DNA from: a virus
Taxonomy: Duplodnaviria > Caudoviricetes
IMG/VR virus record: IMGVR_UViG_3300031548_000003
Location: 1-64,000 of that record
DNA: 64,000 bases
Strand: one strand, 5' to 3'
Under the pieces are notes generated by a model. It searched no databases, was not told the origin of the DNA, and worked only from the letters and a program-made list of their open reading frames with translations. Positions 19,513-29,827 of this stretch are shown piece after piece (position 1 is the stretch's first letter; every line of letters starts with the position of its first letter). The position numbers and the translations under genes are program-made.

Positions 19513-22500
19513 TTAATCTATTGAAAATCCTAAATTCCTAAGTGCAGTTTCTAATTTCAAAACCTTTTCCGTAAGCCTGTAAAAATTATTCCTTATCGCA
19601 GCCGCATCGTTGGCATAAATTGTTAAGTCACTGTAGTCGGAGATTGTACTAAGCGATCCTCCGCTAGTCACATTGTTTACTAAAATCGTGTTTACCGATT
19701 GTTGACCTACAGGGGGTGCATTGAAGAATCCTAATTGTTTTACTCCACCAGATTCAATAGCTTCGATCAGATTCGTTCCTCCGTCTTCTTGAACAACAAA
19801 CAGATTTTGATTTGCTGATGTTCCTTTTAAATGAAATTGATATGTAGGCGTAAGAGTACCTAAACCATGCAGTCCAGATGAAGAGATAAAGGCATAATTA
19901 TTACCAGCAATTGTGCCAACAGTAGGATTCCAAACGAAACCTATTGCATTACCAGAAACATATGTAAGGGTTGGGGTGGCTAATACTGCTGTTATGCCAC
20001 CAGTAGCTGATGAATTTGAAAAGGAGCCTGTTAGTCTAAGAAGGTTTATACTATAGCTACCTGTAGCAGCACTGAAAGATGGGGCTTCTAAACTAACGAC
20101 AGTACCAGTTCCGGTAGTATTATTATTTGTCGAAGCTGATGTAGTAAGCATTACTGCTGTTTGTGTTCCCGATGTAAGTTCCCCAGCTATTTTTAGGGTA
20201 GGCCCTCCTGCTGTTACTGTACCGCTACTGTTACTAGGGGCTATCCTTGTATTTGTAGATGTACCAAAAAAAAGAGTCCCATCGTTTCTGAACCGATAAA
20301 GGTCTGTTCCACTACTTTGCAATGACAAAATAGTAGAGAATGTTCCTGTGAATCCGCCTGCTGTAAAAGATGGATTTATGCGGACTGCGGATCCTACTTG
20401 GTTATTAGCTCCGTATATAATCGAGGGACTAAAATCAAAGCCATAAATATTATCCGAAGTTGTCCCTCTAGCAGTTATAGAAGGATTAAAAATAGTATGG
20501 TATTGATTGTTAGCTGTTGCCGTCCAACTACCTCCCCACGAATTCCCGTTGCCTGCTGATGTTATTGAGACAACACCGTTATCCAATATTTTGAATCTTT
20601 CAGTGCCGCCATTATCTTTCCAAACAGCGTTAATACCAGTTGTCGTTCCTATACCCCATTGCTCGAATCGTGTTGTAGCAGCTCCTAAAGTTGTATTTCC
20701 TATAAGAACAGAACCAGAAGTGCCACGTAATGCAATGTGTGTTAATCCTGTAGTGCTTGTAATTGTTGGATTTATATCTACATCAATTGCAGTTCCTGAA
20801 TAGGTAGCAGTTGTATTATAACTGGGCGTTATTGTCAATGCTCTAAATGTAGCCGATCCAGATGTTGGATTAAATTGCCCAGGCGCAATGCTAAAAGCTG
20901 TTCCGGTTGTAGTAGACGCAGAAGTTGTGAAAGAGGATGCGCCAGTATTATCAATTGTTGATAACTGTATTCCTGCATCATTATGCAAATGAAGAATACT
21001 TCCACCGCTTACACCCCATATTTCGACCCTTGGCGATCCTGTTACACTCGCACCACTCGGTGCGAATAATGATACGCCTTGAAAGTAAGGATTACCCACC
21101 AACGTAGGGGCAGTGATAGTCGTGCTGCCAGATGTAGCCCAATACGGAGCCGTGCCAGTTATAAGAGAATTAAAATTAGTCCATGATGGAGTAGCTAGCC
21201 ATGTGTCTATACCTGTACCTAATGAGGATAAGCCAGTACCTCCATTAGCTGCCGCAAGTATTGAACTCCCCACTGCACCAGAGCTTGCTAAGTCTATTGA
21301 ACCAAAGTCAATTGATGTACCTGATCTGCGTATAATATTACCATCTGAAGCGGCTACTATTTCAGCAAAGTTTCCAGAAGTATTAGGTGATCTTCCTAAT
21401 ACAGATAGACCTGCCGCTGAGTTTTGAATCTTAGCGAATGTAATAACTGAATTATCAACCGTCCAGGTTGCTCCACCACCGCTTACAGTGATATCTCCGT
21501 AATCGCCATCGGATACTCCGGTAATAGAGGAAGCAGCTCTATATTTAATAAGTCCTGTTACGTCTCTTACTAAGATTTGAGTAAGTGCGTCATCATTTGA
21601 GAGAGTGCTGGATATATTTAAGCTAGCTGCGGTTGTGAGTCCAGTGGAAGTCAGAGTGGTTGCTGTTAGTGCTACGACTCCAGTAACATTATTAGAATCA
21701 TCAATTATGATTCCGGAATTTTGAATTGCATTCCCACTTGTTCCATTCCATCTGGCAATGGCGTTATTAGTAGAAGACCCAGGTCCTGATACATCGCCGG
21801 GTGTTACAGGCGTAGTCCAAACAGGTGAACCCCCTACTATAGTAAGGTGCTGCCCGTTTGTTCCAGCAGATAATTGAGTTGGAGTACCCGATGTGTTACC
21901 AACAAAAATAGCATTATAAGCTAATGAATTGTTTAGCTTATTCTCCAATTGGGTCTGAATAGACGATGTTACCCCATTTACGTAGCCTAGCTCTGTTGAG
22001 GTCAAGCCGGTTGCACTTAATCCTGTCAGGATGTTTACATCATCTACATCAGCGGTTACATCAGTTACTTTATCAAGCGTTAGTGTTGTCCAATCTACAT
22101 CGAAGTCAGTTCCGCTTAGTTTAGCGAGATATTGCCCTGTTGTACCTCCAATAGGTACACCATTGATTGTAGGAGTACTCCATTGAATACTGGAACCGGT
22201 AGAGTATAACGCTTGTCCACTCGTACCTCTGGGTAAATTAGTCCATGCACTCCCATTGTAATAAATAATATCACCATCCGCTACAGGCCCCAAACTTGTT
22301 GATAGCCTGGCGTTTAGTTGAGTTTGAGCATCAGAAGTTAATGTTGATATATATCCAAGTTGAGTAGTTCCTACTGATGATGACGCAAGTTTACCTGAGC
22401 CATTAGTTACGGCTACAATGTTTGCACTTAGATTAGAAGAAACTACAGTAGAAGCAGCACCAGTAATCGTTGCTTGCTTTGAATCAATCTGAGTTTGTAT

Positions 22501-22899
22501 TGCTGAGGTTACCCCACTTACGTAACCGAGTTCTGTTGAGGTTACGGGTGATACAACTAAAAATCCATTTGAATCGGATACAATAGCTCTCGAAGCAGTA
22601 GTAGCTGCAAGTTTGGTTAGTGCTATTGCAGCAGAAGCGTTCACATCGGCATCAACTATTACACCTGCGGATATTGCCCCTACGCCTGATTGAGAGATAG
22701 TAAAATCTCCTGACACAGTCTGTGCAGCAGGTAAATTTGATCCATCTCCAATAAATATTTTTCCAGTAGCTAGTGTCCCAATATTATTAGCTACGCTACC
22801 TACTTCATTTGTAGTAGCATCTCTTGTGATTAATGGATCACCAGAACCGTCTGCGAGGGTTCCTCCAAACTTAGAAAGACGATTTATTTTTAAACCCAT
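19513..22899 (-). CDS. Long tail fibre / receptor-binding protein
   Basis: 1128 aa Gly/Ser/Thr-rich; repeated TELGYVxGVTSxIQTQL modules. Confidence 0.8.
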   Translation of the reverse strand: MGLKINRLSKFGGTLADGSGDPLITRDATTNEVGSVANNIGTLATGKIFIGDGSNLPAAQTVSGDFTISQSGVGAISAGVIVDADVNASAAIALTKLAATTASRAIVSDSNGFLVVSPVTSTELGYVSGVTSAIQTQIDSKQATITGAASTVVSSNLSANIVAVTNGSGKLASSSVGTTQLGYISTLTSDAQTQLNARLSTSLGPVADGDIIYYNGSAWTNLPRGTSGQALYSTGSSIQWSTPTINGVPIGGTTGQYLAKLSGTDFDVDWTTLTLDKVTDVTADVDDVNILTGLSATGLTSTELGYVNGVTSSIQTQLENKLNNSLAYNAIFVGNTSGTPTQLSAGTNGQHLTIVGGSPVWTTPVTPGDVSGPGSSTNNAIARWNGTSGNAIQNSGIIIDDSNNVTGVVALTATTLTSTGLTTAASLNISSTLSNDDALTQILVRDVTGLIKYRAASSITGVSDGDYGDITVSGGGATWTVDNSVITFAKIQNSAAGLSVLGRSPNTSGNFAEIVAASDGNIIRRSGTSIDFGSIDLASSGAVGSSILAAANGGTGLSSLGTGIDTWLATPSWTNFNSLITGTAPYWATSGSTTITAPTLVGNPYFQGVSLFAPSGASVTGSPRVEIWGVSGGSILHLHNDAGIQLSTIDNTGASSFTTSASTTTGTAFSIAPGQFNPTSGSATFRALTITPSYNTTATYSGTAIDVDINPTITSTTGLTHIALRGTSGSVLIGNTTLGAATTRFEQWGIGTTTGINAVWKDNGGTERFKILDNGVVSITSAGNGNSWGGSWTATANNQYHTIFNPSITARGTTSDNIYGFDFSPSIIYGANNQVGSAVRINPSFTAGGFTGTFSTILSLQSSGTDLYRFRNDGTLFFGTSTNTRIAPSNSSGTVTAGGPTLKIAGELTSGTQTAVMLTTSASTNNNTTGTGTVVSLEAPSFSAATGSYSINLLRLTGSFSNSSATGGITAVLATPTLTYVSGNAIGFVWNPTVGTIAGNNYAFISSSGLHGLGTLTPTYQFHLKGTSANQNLFVVQEDGGTNLIEAIESGGVKQLGFFNAPPVGQQSVNTILVNNVTSGGSLSTISDYSDLTIYANDAAAIRNNFYRLTEKVLKLETALRNLGFSID

Positions 22900-22901
22900 C
22901 T

Positions 22902-24605
22902 TTATTCAAGATCAACATAGGTTACCAATGCTTGAGCACCACTGAAGCTAAGAGTTAACGTAAAAGTCGTTCCAGCTCCCACAGGGTAGAATGGTTGTTC
23001 CGTTACTTTTTCCACAGGGATACCGGGCATATCAGTTAGGTTTATAAAGTTTTTAAAACCAGTATCTCCGCTGCTAGCTGCTAGCGTAAAAGAACCTGAT
23101 CCATCAGATATCGAAGCTGTGGCTTGATTCAGACCCCCTGCGAGCTGTAGCACATAGACTCTTGAGCCTTTTGTACCTGCTGTAAATGATTGGGTGCCTG
23201 GTCCTGATGTTGTTATTGTTTTTAATGTTAATGCCATATCTTGTAAGGGTTTAGAAAAATCTATATCATCACCAACTGATTCATCGTCTCCGATTCCCGG
23301 ACTTACTTCCCCAGAATCACCGTCTACATCAGTGGCTTCGGTTGTACTCACTGCAAATTTTCCAGAGCCATCAACTACCACATATCTGTAAGCAGTGAAG
23401 TTGTCTATTGTAGCTGTAGAGGCAGCTCCGGTAATTGTAGCTTGTTTACCGTCTAATTGTGTTTGAATTGCGGATGTTACTCCGTTTAAATAACCTATCT
23501 CTGAAGAAGTAGTTAGAGAAGTAGTTAACTTACCAGCAGGGTTAGATACTACTACTCTGCTCGGTATTGCGTTAGAAGTTACATAAGGAGTAATAGCTCC
23601 CGAGATCGTACCGGGGACTGCGATGGCATCAATCTGAGCTTGAATGTCAGAAGTTACATTTGCGAGAAAAGCTACTTTAGAAGCCGCTGTAGTTGATGTG
23701 GTGAGAAAGCCGTTACTGTCTGTAATAACCGCTTTACTCGCAGTAAGTGCTGCCAATTTATTCACAGCGATTGCCGCTGATGAATTTATATCAGCGTTCA
23801 CTATCACGCCTGGGGATATTGCCCCTACCCCGGTATTACTAATTGTGAAATCTCCTGAAATAGTTTGTGCTTCTGGCTGATTCGAATTGTTACCAACCCA
23901 TAGCTTACCGCTTGCTAAAGATGAGGGTTGAGTTATCCCATTACCTGTGACAGGGATGAGGAGCCTTGTTCCTTTTACTTCCCAAGTACCAGAAGTAACA
24001 AGAGCTAATAATTGAACAGTTGTACCATCAATGTTTACTTGGAAAGTAATACCTGAGGAATCACCTATTGCTGGGTCAAGCGTAATACCCCCATCATCTA
24101 CGAACTCAGATCCGTCACTTAACCATGTTCCTGTTAAAATTTCTACTCGTTTATTAGTAGAGTCAGTTACTTCGTATTGCCATTGAGCAGACCCTGATAA
24201 TGTAATATCGAAAGAATCTACTACTGTGTCTACTGCTACTGCTGATGCAGTGAATGCAGTTCCGCCACCTGTAGCCCCTGTTTGCCCTGTATTCCCAGTT
24301 CTACCTGGAATACCTGTTATAATCGTAGGGGGTTCATTTGTTGTTAGTACCGGTGCGTAGGGAAGATCATTTAGATTCCCAATATCCATCAACGCATACC
24401 ATATCTTCTCCCTGGTCCCACGATCAAGATATTCTGCGTAGTTAAGAGCCTTCAGCCATAAACGAAGTTTAGTAGCTTTCTGAATCTTAGCTTTTATCTC
24501 AGGCTTGATTACACTTCTTGATTGTGCTATTTCACTAGCAAGTTCTAAGAGCTTTGATTGCCCTTGATAAATGACATACTGTTGCGTTATCTCTATGTTA
24601 GGCAT
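22902..24605 (-). CDS. Second tail fibre / hub-associated protein
   Basis: 567 aa; shares the SGDFTIS...GVTSAIQTQ(L/I)DxKQATITGAAST module with 19513-22899. Confidence 0.7.
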   Translation of the reverse strand: MPNIEITQQYVIYQGQSKLLELASEIAQSRSVIKPEIKAKIQKATKLRLWLKALNYAEYLDRGTREKIWYALMDIGNLNDLPYAPVLTTNEPPTIITGIPGRTGNTGQTGATGGGTAFTASAVAVDTVVDSFDITLSGSAQWQYEVTDSTNKRVEILTGTWLSDGSEFVDDGGITLDPAIGDSSGITFQVNIDGTTVQLLALVTSGTWEVKGTRLLIPVTGNGITQPSSLASGKLWVGNNSNQPEAQTISGDFTISNTGVGAISPGVIVNADINSSAAIAVNKLAALTASKAVITDSNGFLTTSTTAASKVAFLANVTSDIQAQIDAIAVPGTISGAITPYVTSNAIPSRVVVSNPAGKLTTSLTTSSEIGYLNGVTSAIQTQLDGKQATITGAASTATIDNFTAYRYVVVDGSGKFAVSTTEATDVDGDSGEVSPGIGDDESVGDDIDFSKPLQDMALTLKTITTSGPGTQSFTAGTKGSRVYVLQLAGGLNQATASISDGSGSFTLAASSGDTGFKNFINLTDMPGIPVEKVTEQPFYPVGAGTTFTLTLSFSGAQALVTYVDLE

Positions 24606-25273
24606 TAGCAGTCTATGTAGCGTGATTGAATTTTACGAGCAATTTCTTCTCCTTCTAAAACTTCTTCCCTTGCATCAGCTACTGCCATTGCACTTAACCA
24701 CATATCAAACAAATCATATTGTGCAAGTAGAACTGCTTCATCACAATCAGTACAGGTAGAACCATCTGAGATGAGATTACCATAAGTATACTGCCCATTA
24801 GCTGCAAACACCCGGTTGTAAACAAGCGAGTTGATGTTAGCAGACTCGTTTGATTCTCCCTTGTTATTAGCTAGTGAAGCAGGGTCAGAAATTACTTCCC
24901 AATAAGTAATATCTGCTGTATCTTGTCCGAGATTGCTACCGACTTTAGATCGGTATACAACTGATCCATTGTAGACAGCATCGTATTGGTTATAAGTAGT
25001 TCCAGCATTATACTGTTCAAAAGCAGCGAAGTATACCTTGTACCAACCATCTATGGTATATTCTATTCCCCAGTCTGTTACAGAAGCTGGAGTATAAGAC
25101 TCAACTGAAAGAGGCGTAGCTTCATTCCCATAACTCATTTTGTATGCAGAGAGGTACAACTTCAAAGCATTACGTGCTGGGTTGTCTCCCGTACCATATA
25201 CAGTGTTATCAGTGATTGTGAAGGAATCTCTTGTTGAGGCTATCGAAACCGACAAATCTATCGTCAAGCTCAT
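24605..25273 (-). CDS. Tail hub-like structural protein
   Basis: 222 aa; coupled to the fibre gene; CTDC motif near the C-terminus. Confidence 0.55.
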   Translation of the reverse strand: MSLTIDLSVSIASTRDSFTITDNTVYGTGDNPARNALKLYLSAYKMSYGNEATPLSVESYTPASVTDWGIEYTIDGWYKVYFAAFEQYNAGTTYNQYDAVYNGSVVYRSKVGSNLGQDTADITYWEVISDPASLANNKGESNESANINSLVYNRVFAANGQYTYGNLISDGSTCTDCDEAVLLAQYDLFDMWLSAMAVADAREEVLEGEEIARKIQSRYIDC

Positions 25274-25276
25274 TGT

Positions 25277-25744
25277 TTAATACAGGTCAAAATTTATATA
25301 TCCTGGTTTCCCAGTTACTTTGCGGGTCTTCTTCTTACGGTTTTTAGTAAGACTGTGAGATACGTGAAGCCAATCTGGATTTTGTTTGCCCCCGTTTTCC
25401 CAAATGATTTGATCAAAGGGTAATGATTTCACGATGAAATCAAATAGCTCTTTGTTAGAAGGTACCTTCTTTCCTAATCTCTCGAGCGTATCGTAATCAA
25501 TATCCCCAGCTTCACCAAAAATATGTTGAGACGCTTTGCTTGCTCCAGGCAACATTGCATTATATCTCTCACTTCGAAATACACAATGAACGAATGGTGC
25601 TATCCCAAAATGGTCAACGATAGGATCATAGATGTTAACTGCCCATGCTGTTATGTTTGCTAATTGAATAGCAGATGGTTTATTGATAACACCAGTTGGT
25701 GCTTTTGTAGCTTCTTCATATGTGAGATATTTGCTTATCTTCAT
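25277..25744 (-). CDS. Endolysin, peptidase M15 family
   Basis: FRSERYN...SQHIFGEAGDID...WLHVS zinc-peptidase motifs. Confidence 0.8.
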   Translation of the reverse strand: MKISKYLTYEEATKAPTGVINKPSAIQLANITAWAVNIYDPIVDHFGIAPFVHCVFRSERYNAMLPGASKASQHIFGEAGDIDYDTLERLGKKVPSNKELFDFIVKSLPFDQIIWENGGKQNPDWLHVSHSLTKNRKKKTRKVTGKPGYINFDLY

Positions 25745-25806
25745 AAAAAATAATAGCGCAGAAATGTTACGGCACTTCTTACGCTATAGGGGTTAGGGTT
25801 CAAAAA

Positions 25807-26568
25807 TTATTTTGTTTTTTTAGAAGGTTTTTCCTTTTTCGTTGTAAACCCGATTCGTTCTTCAAGAGCTGCAAGCATATCTTGATCTCCCATCAACTTG
25901 GAAACAGCAGAGTCTTCTTCGTTTCCTATGATAGCTTCTTCCCATTTAATTATAGGACCGTTCTTCTTCAGGATACCAGTGCTAAGTCCGATTCTAATCA
26001 AGGCTCTTATTGAGCGATCGCCTGATTCTAAAACTTCGAAATAATCTTCTGGGCGCTTCTCAGCCCATTCAACTACTCGATGCCTCATTAAATCATTAGA
26101 CTCTCCGAAGAATCCTATATGCGCTGCAAGCTCTTTTAAAGTTGAATCGTCAATTTCAAGAGCACTGGCTGCTGCACGTATCCTCATCTTACCAGATTTC
26201 AGCGCTACCTCTGCATCCCTTGCATCATTCATTTCTCTGAAGCGGGGCTTTGCACCTTGAGGTAGATTAGGTGAACCTTCACATTCTGGAGAGTTTTTCA
26301 AAAAGTCATACATGGATATTCCATTAATATCTTTCTGACCTTCTCTCACTTGGAAGGTTCTTCTGGACTGTGATAATTCAAAGAACTTACCTCTAGGTTC
26401 TCCTTTTTTATCTACTCCCTCTGTATAACGTACACCAGTCCCGTGACCTTTACCCAGTGCGTTAGCGTGATCAGTATAGGTGGAGAAACTTACTAATCCC
26501 CCTTTTGCTGCTACATCAGCGAGTAAGACGAAGTATTTGAAATTGTTTGTGTTAAAATTTTTAGCCAT
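25807..26568 (-). CDS. Conserved protein downstream of the capsid gene (virion-associated, crAss-type synteny)
   Basis: 253 aa; directly follows MCP. Confidence 0.55.
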   Translation of the reverse strand: MAKNFNTNNFKYFVLLADVAAKGGLVSFSTYTDHANALGKGHGTGVRYTEGVDKKGEPRGKFFELSQSRRTFQVREGQKDINGISMYDFLKNSPECEGSPNLPQGAKPRFREMNDARDAEVALKSGKMRIRAAASALEIDDSTLKELAAHIGFFGESNDLMRHRVVEWAEKRPEDYFEVLESGDRSIRALIRIGLSTGILKKNGPIIKWEEAIIGNEEDSAVSKLMGDQDMLAALEERIGFTTKKEKPSKKTK

Positions 26569-26587
26569 AAAAAGTTTAGTTAAAATA

Positions 26588-26611
26588 GTTAGGTGCTTTT
26601 ACACACCTAAC
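26588..26611 (-). terminator. Stem-loop / weak terminator after MCP
   Basis: GTTAGGTG/CACCTAAC 8-bp stem followed by TATTTT on the minus strand. Confidence 0.45.
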
Positions 26612-26630
26612 TTTGATTATATTTAGTTAT

Positions 26631-27983
26631 TTAACTGTTGGCATAAATAAGCCCAAGTCGATTTGGAAGTACGACTTTAGGCATCATTTCGCTCAATAAT
26701 TGGATCTCCAAACCATCATAAGCATTGCTTACTTCAGAGCCAGGAGAAGCCATACCTGTAATGAACTTCTGTACCATTTTACGAGAGCCGGTCTCACCAT
26801 CACGGTAACGCAACTGTATATTGCGCTCCCCACCGTCGGTCATTCCGAAATCAAGCACAAGTGCTGTGTTGCGGAAATCCTTAGCTGTAGAGCTAGGGGT
26901 TACTTGAGGTACTACTGCACTGTCGGAGAACAATTCGTAATAACCTAAGTGAACCCTCTTACCTGCAATTTCATATGATTGGAAGTTAAGACCTGCAAGT
27001 TCTGCTGGTTTCTCACCAAGAGGTACTTGACGGTATCTATCCCCAAGAGCATGTTGTATATCAAACAAGAACTGTTCACCGCACAAAGCAATAAGATCGT
27101 TGCTTGCATCTTGCACATACATTTGCTTCAAGAAGTTAGAAAGGTCTGCCTCTTGTACACCGATTGCAGAAGAGAAACCTACGTTTACTCCACTGTTTTC
27201 CGCGTACTCAATAAGCCCACGAGTTGTGTTTGTTCCTGTTAGAGTAGATGAATTGTAGCGCTTACCGAACACGGCAAGAGCCTCCCCGTCTCTCATGAAC
27301 TCCTTTTGGAACAAAGGCTCCTGTTTAAAATACCATGATTTATCATCAATCCAGGTCTTCTGATTTAACATGTCAGATGTAACCTTCAGCTTAGAGCGAA
27401 GAATCTGCATCACGTTATAATCCTCAGTTGGTAAGAATGATCTTACGCCACCTGCATCAGATGAACCTTCAGCAAATGCAGATGCAATGTGTCCGATCTT
27501 AGCAGTAGAAGGTAGCAATGCTGCTGACCAGTTACCACCTCCGAAACGAACAATATCAATTGTTTGAAATGCACCTGAATTTCCTACAGCAGTTACGATA
27601 CCGTTCTCACCTGAGTCAGCTACGCGAACTAAATCGCCTACGATGAAGTAACCATAGTTACCATCTGCTGTCACATAAGAGATGTCAGTTGTTACTGTTG
27701 CTGTGGCGGTTGTGCCGTTAGCTACTGCACTGGCAGTTGTGCCTTTACGAGTACGATCAAGTACGTACCATGAGTGCACTTTGGAGCCTTGTGCTACTGA
27801 TACTCCTGCAATTTTATCTGCAAGACTTTGCAAATAGTACTGGGGGTACTTAATTGTTAATACGCTAGAAATATCCGGTACTTCTAAGCCTGCATTGAAC
27901 ACATGTCCGCTGAGGATCGAGCCGTTACGTTGAATTGCCCCTGTTCCAATTATGGATGAGGGCAGTTGAGTGCCTGGAATCAT
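26631..27983 (-). CDS. Major capsid protein (HK97 fold, crAss-related)
   Basis: 450 aa; in terL-portal-scaffold-MCP order; EDYNVMQILRS and TRGL motifs. Confidence 0.8.
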   Translation of the reverse strand: MIPGTQLPSSIIGTGAIQRNGSILSGHVFNAGLEVPDISSVLTIKYPQYYLQSLADKIAGVSVAQGSKVHSWYVLDRTRKGTTASAVANGTTATATVTTDISYVTADGNYGYFIVGDLVRVADSGENGIVTAVGNSGAFQTIDIVRFGGGNWSAALLPSTAKIGHIASAFAEGSSDAGGVRSFLPTEDYNVMQILRSKLKVTSDMLNQKTWIDDKSWYFKQEPLFQKEFMRDGEALAVFGKRYNSSTLTGTNTTRGLIEYAENSGVNVGFSSAIGVQEADLSNFLKQMYVQDASNDLIALCGEQFLFDIQHALGDRYRQVPLGEKPAELAGLNFQSYEIAGKRVHLGYYELFSDSAVVPQVTPSSTAKDFRNTALVLDFGMTDGGERNIQLRYRDGETGSRKMVQKFITGMASPGSEVSNAYDGLEIQLLSEMMPKVVLPNRLGLIYANS

Positions 27984-28020
27984 TAATTAATTTTAGTTTT
28001 TAGGTTGATTACTTTTTCAC

Positions 28021-29163
28021 CTAAAGACCTTTCCGTTGAGACTGACTCAGTAACTGCTGCTTGTACTTATCAACATTAGAAATTACTTTCTCTTTTGTTT
28101 CAGGATTAGGAGCAGAACCAGGTGTAGTGATTTGAGCGTTTTGTACTTTATCGAGAAGTTCTTTTTTTGCCTCTACTTTACTGTTATTTGATTTGAACTT
28201 CAACATCTTTTCTCCGTATTCAGCTAAAGCAATAGTTCTAGTTATAGACTGCATATCTGCACCACTTCTGACGAGATCATTATACCCCATGCCTCCAAGA
28301 TGTTTCTTGGTTAATTTCGAGCTAATGATACCTTCATGTAGAGCATTAGATTGTTTAGGTTCAAACTTTATCCCGTAGTTTTCAAATGGCAGAATTTCAT
28401 TCAATGATTTAGTTGCTTTGCTTAGGGACTTTTCTGCCTGTTCAACTCTAGCTTGTGCTTGTGCTGCAAGCTGGGCTTTTCTAGCATTTTGTCCTGCGAT
28501 TAACTGCTGTTGTAATCTAATTCCTTCAGCTTTTCGTTGAACTTCAGGAATAGCGTCCACATCAGCGTAGAAAGCATCTTCATTCATTGACCCGTCTGCA
28601 TTTCGATACTTAGGGTCGTTCTTGTAAATTTGGTAGAGTTGATTCTCGTAAAGTTCTAGTGGATTTACTTTACTGTAATCAGTAAGGGATTCCGCTAGAA
28701 ACGCTTTCCAATCACCTGTCTTTTTGGTGATCTCTAGTACCTCTTTAAACTCGTCTGGAATACCTTGCAATGGTGCTTCCTCAACTTGTTTCAGTTTGGA
28801 TTTTAACTCTGAGACTTTCGTTACAAATTCATCTTCACTTTTAATTTCTCCTAGCTCAAGGGCACTGCCCAGCTTGCTAAAATCAAATTTAGGTGACTCT
28901 TCTTTTGTAGGTTCTGCCTCATCTTCATCCCAAGATTTAGGAACTTGAACTTCTGGTTCTTTTACAACCTCCGTTTTCTCTTCCTTCTTAGGTTCCGCTT
29001 GAAACACTTCGGCCTCTGGCTTGATTGGTTCAATAGTGGGTTCAGGCGCTGCCTTTTGTCCCTCTGCGGATTCAACCTTTTGTCTTTGTGCTTCAGCAAA
29101 CTTCTTTAAGACGTCATGCTGATAGTTTAAATCTTGTGCTTTTAAGATTAAATTTTCTTCCAT
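28021..29163 (-). CDS. Scaffold-like protein
   Basis: Acidic low-complexity N-terminus, helical C-terminus; lies between portal and MCP. Confidence 0.55.
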   Translation of the reverse strand: MEENLILKAQDLNYQHDVLKKFAEAQRQKVESAEGQKAAPEPTIEPIKPEAEVFQAEPKKEEKTEVVKEPEVQVPKSWDEDEAEPTKEESPKFDFSKLGSALELGEIKSEDEFVTKVSELKSKLKQVEEAPLQGIPDEFKEVLEITKKTGDWKAFLAESLTDYSKVNPLELYENQLYQIYKNDPKYRNADGSMNEDAFYADVDAIPEVQRKAEGIRLQQQLIAGQNARKAQLAAQAQARVEQAEKSLSKATKSLNEILPFENYGIKFEPKQSNALHEGIISSKLTKKHLGGMGYNDLVRSGADMQSITRTIALAEYGEKMLKFKSNNSKVEAKKELLDKVQNAQITTPGSAPNPETKEKVISNVDKYKQQLLSQSQRKGL

Positions 29164-29254
29164 TTTCAGGGTTAAAATACTTAGTATTTAACTAAATTTG
29201 TTAGTATCTAACAAAGATTGTACCAAATTTAGGTGATGTTTAGTTATTTAGAAG

Positions 29255-29827
29255 TTAGACGGGACAAATCTCAAGTTTATCAGATTTACTGATATTGTCA
29301 TGTTCCCATAGAGGCTGCATGTTCTGATAATTAAAACAGGATTTTTGCTGATACTCTTGGGTTAAATCAAATAGGTTACACGGAACTATGTGATCAATAT
29401 GCCAGCCATTTCTCCCATAGTTTTCCCAAGTCATTCCATCTTTAAATTGACTTTCTATGTGTTTAATAAAATTCTCTATTGAACAACCGAGTAATTCCTC
29501 AGATTTTTTAGACTTATTCCTACCATCAATAACGTGGTTTATTCTTCGTCTTAGATTACTCAATACTTTATATTGAGGATTTTGTCTTTTCTTAGCTTCA
29601 TACTCTGCAAATTCTTTTTTATAATCAACTTCTTTCTGCCCCACTATAGGTTTAATATCAATAATATTTAGCCTCCTTTTTCTTGACCTTTCTTTAAAGA
29701 TTTCAGGGTTCTTTAAATACCTTTGTCTATCATATTCTTTACGTTTTTCTTTACGACTTTCCCTGTATGCTTTTATAGACTCAGCATTTTTTATTCTCCA
29801 TTGCTTTCTATATTCTTTTGCTGTCAT
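29255..29827 (-). CDS. Free-standing HNH homing endonuclease
   Basis: Basic N-terminal repeats; GWHIDHIVPC...NMQPLWEHDNISK HNH motif. Confidence 0.8.
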   Translation of the reverse strand: MTAKEYRKQWRIKNAESIKAYRESRKEKRKEYDRQRYLKNPEIFKERSRKRRLNIIDIKPIVGQKEVDYKKEFAEYEAKKRQNPQYKVLSNLRRRINHVIDGRNKSKKSEELLGCSIENFIKHIESQFKDGMTWENYGRNGWHIDHIVPCNLFDLTQEYQQKSCFNYQNMQPLWEHDNISKSDKLEICPV

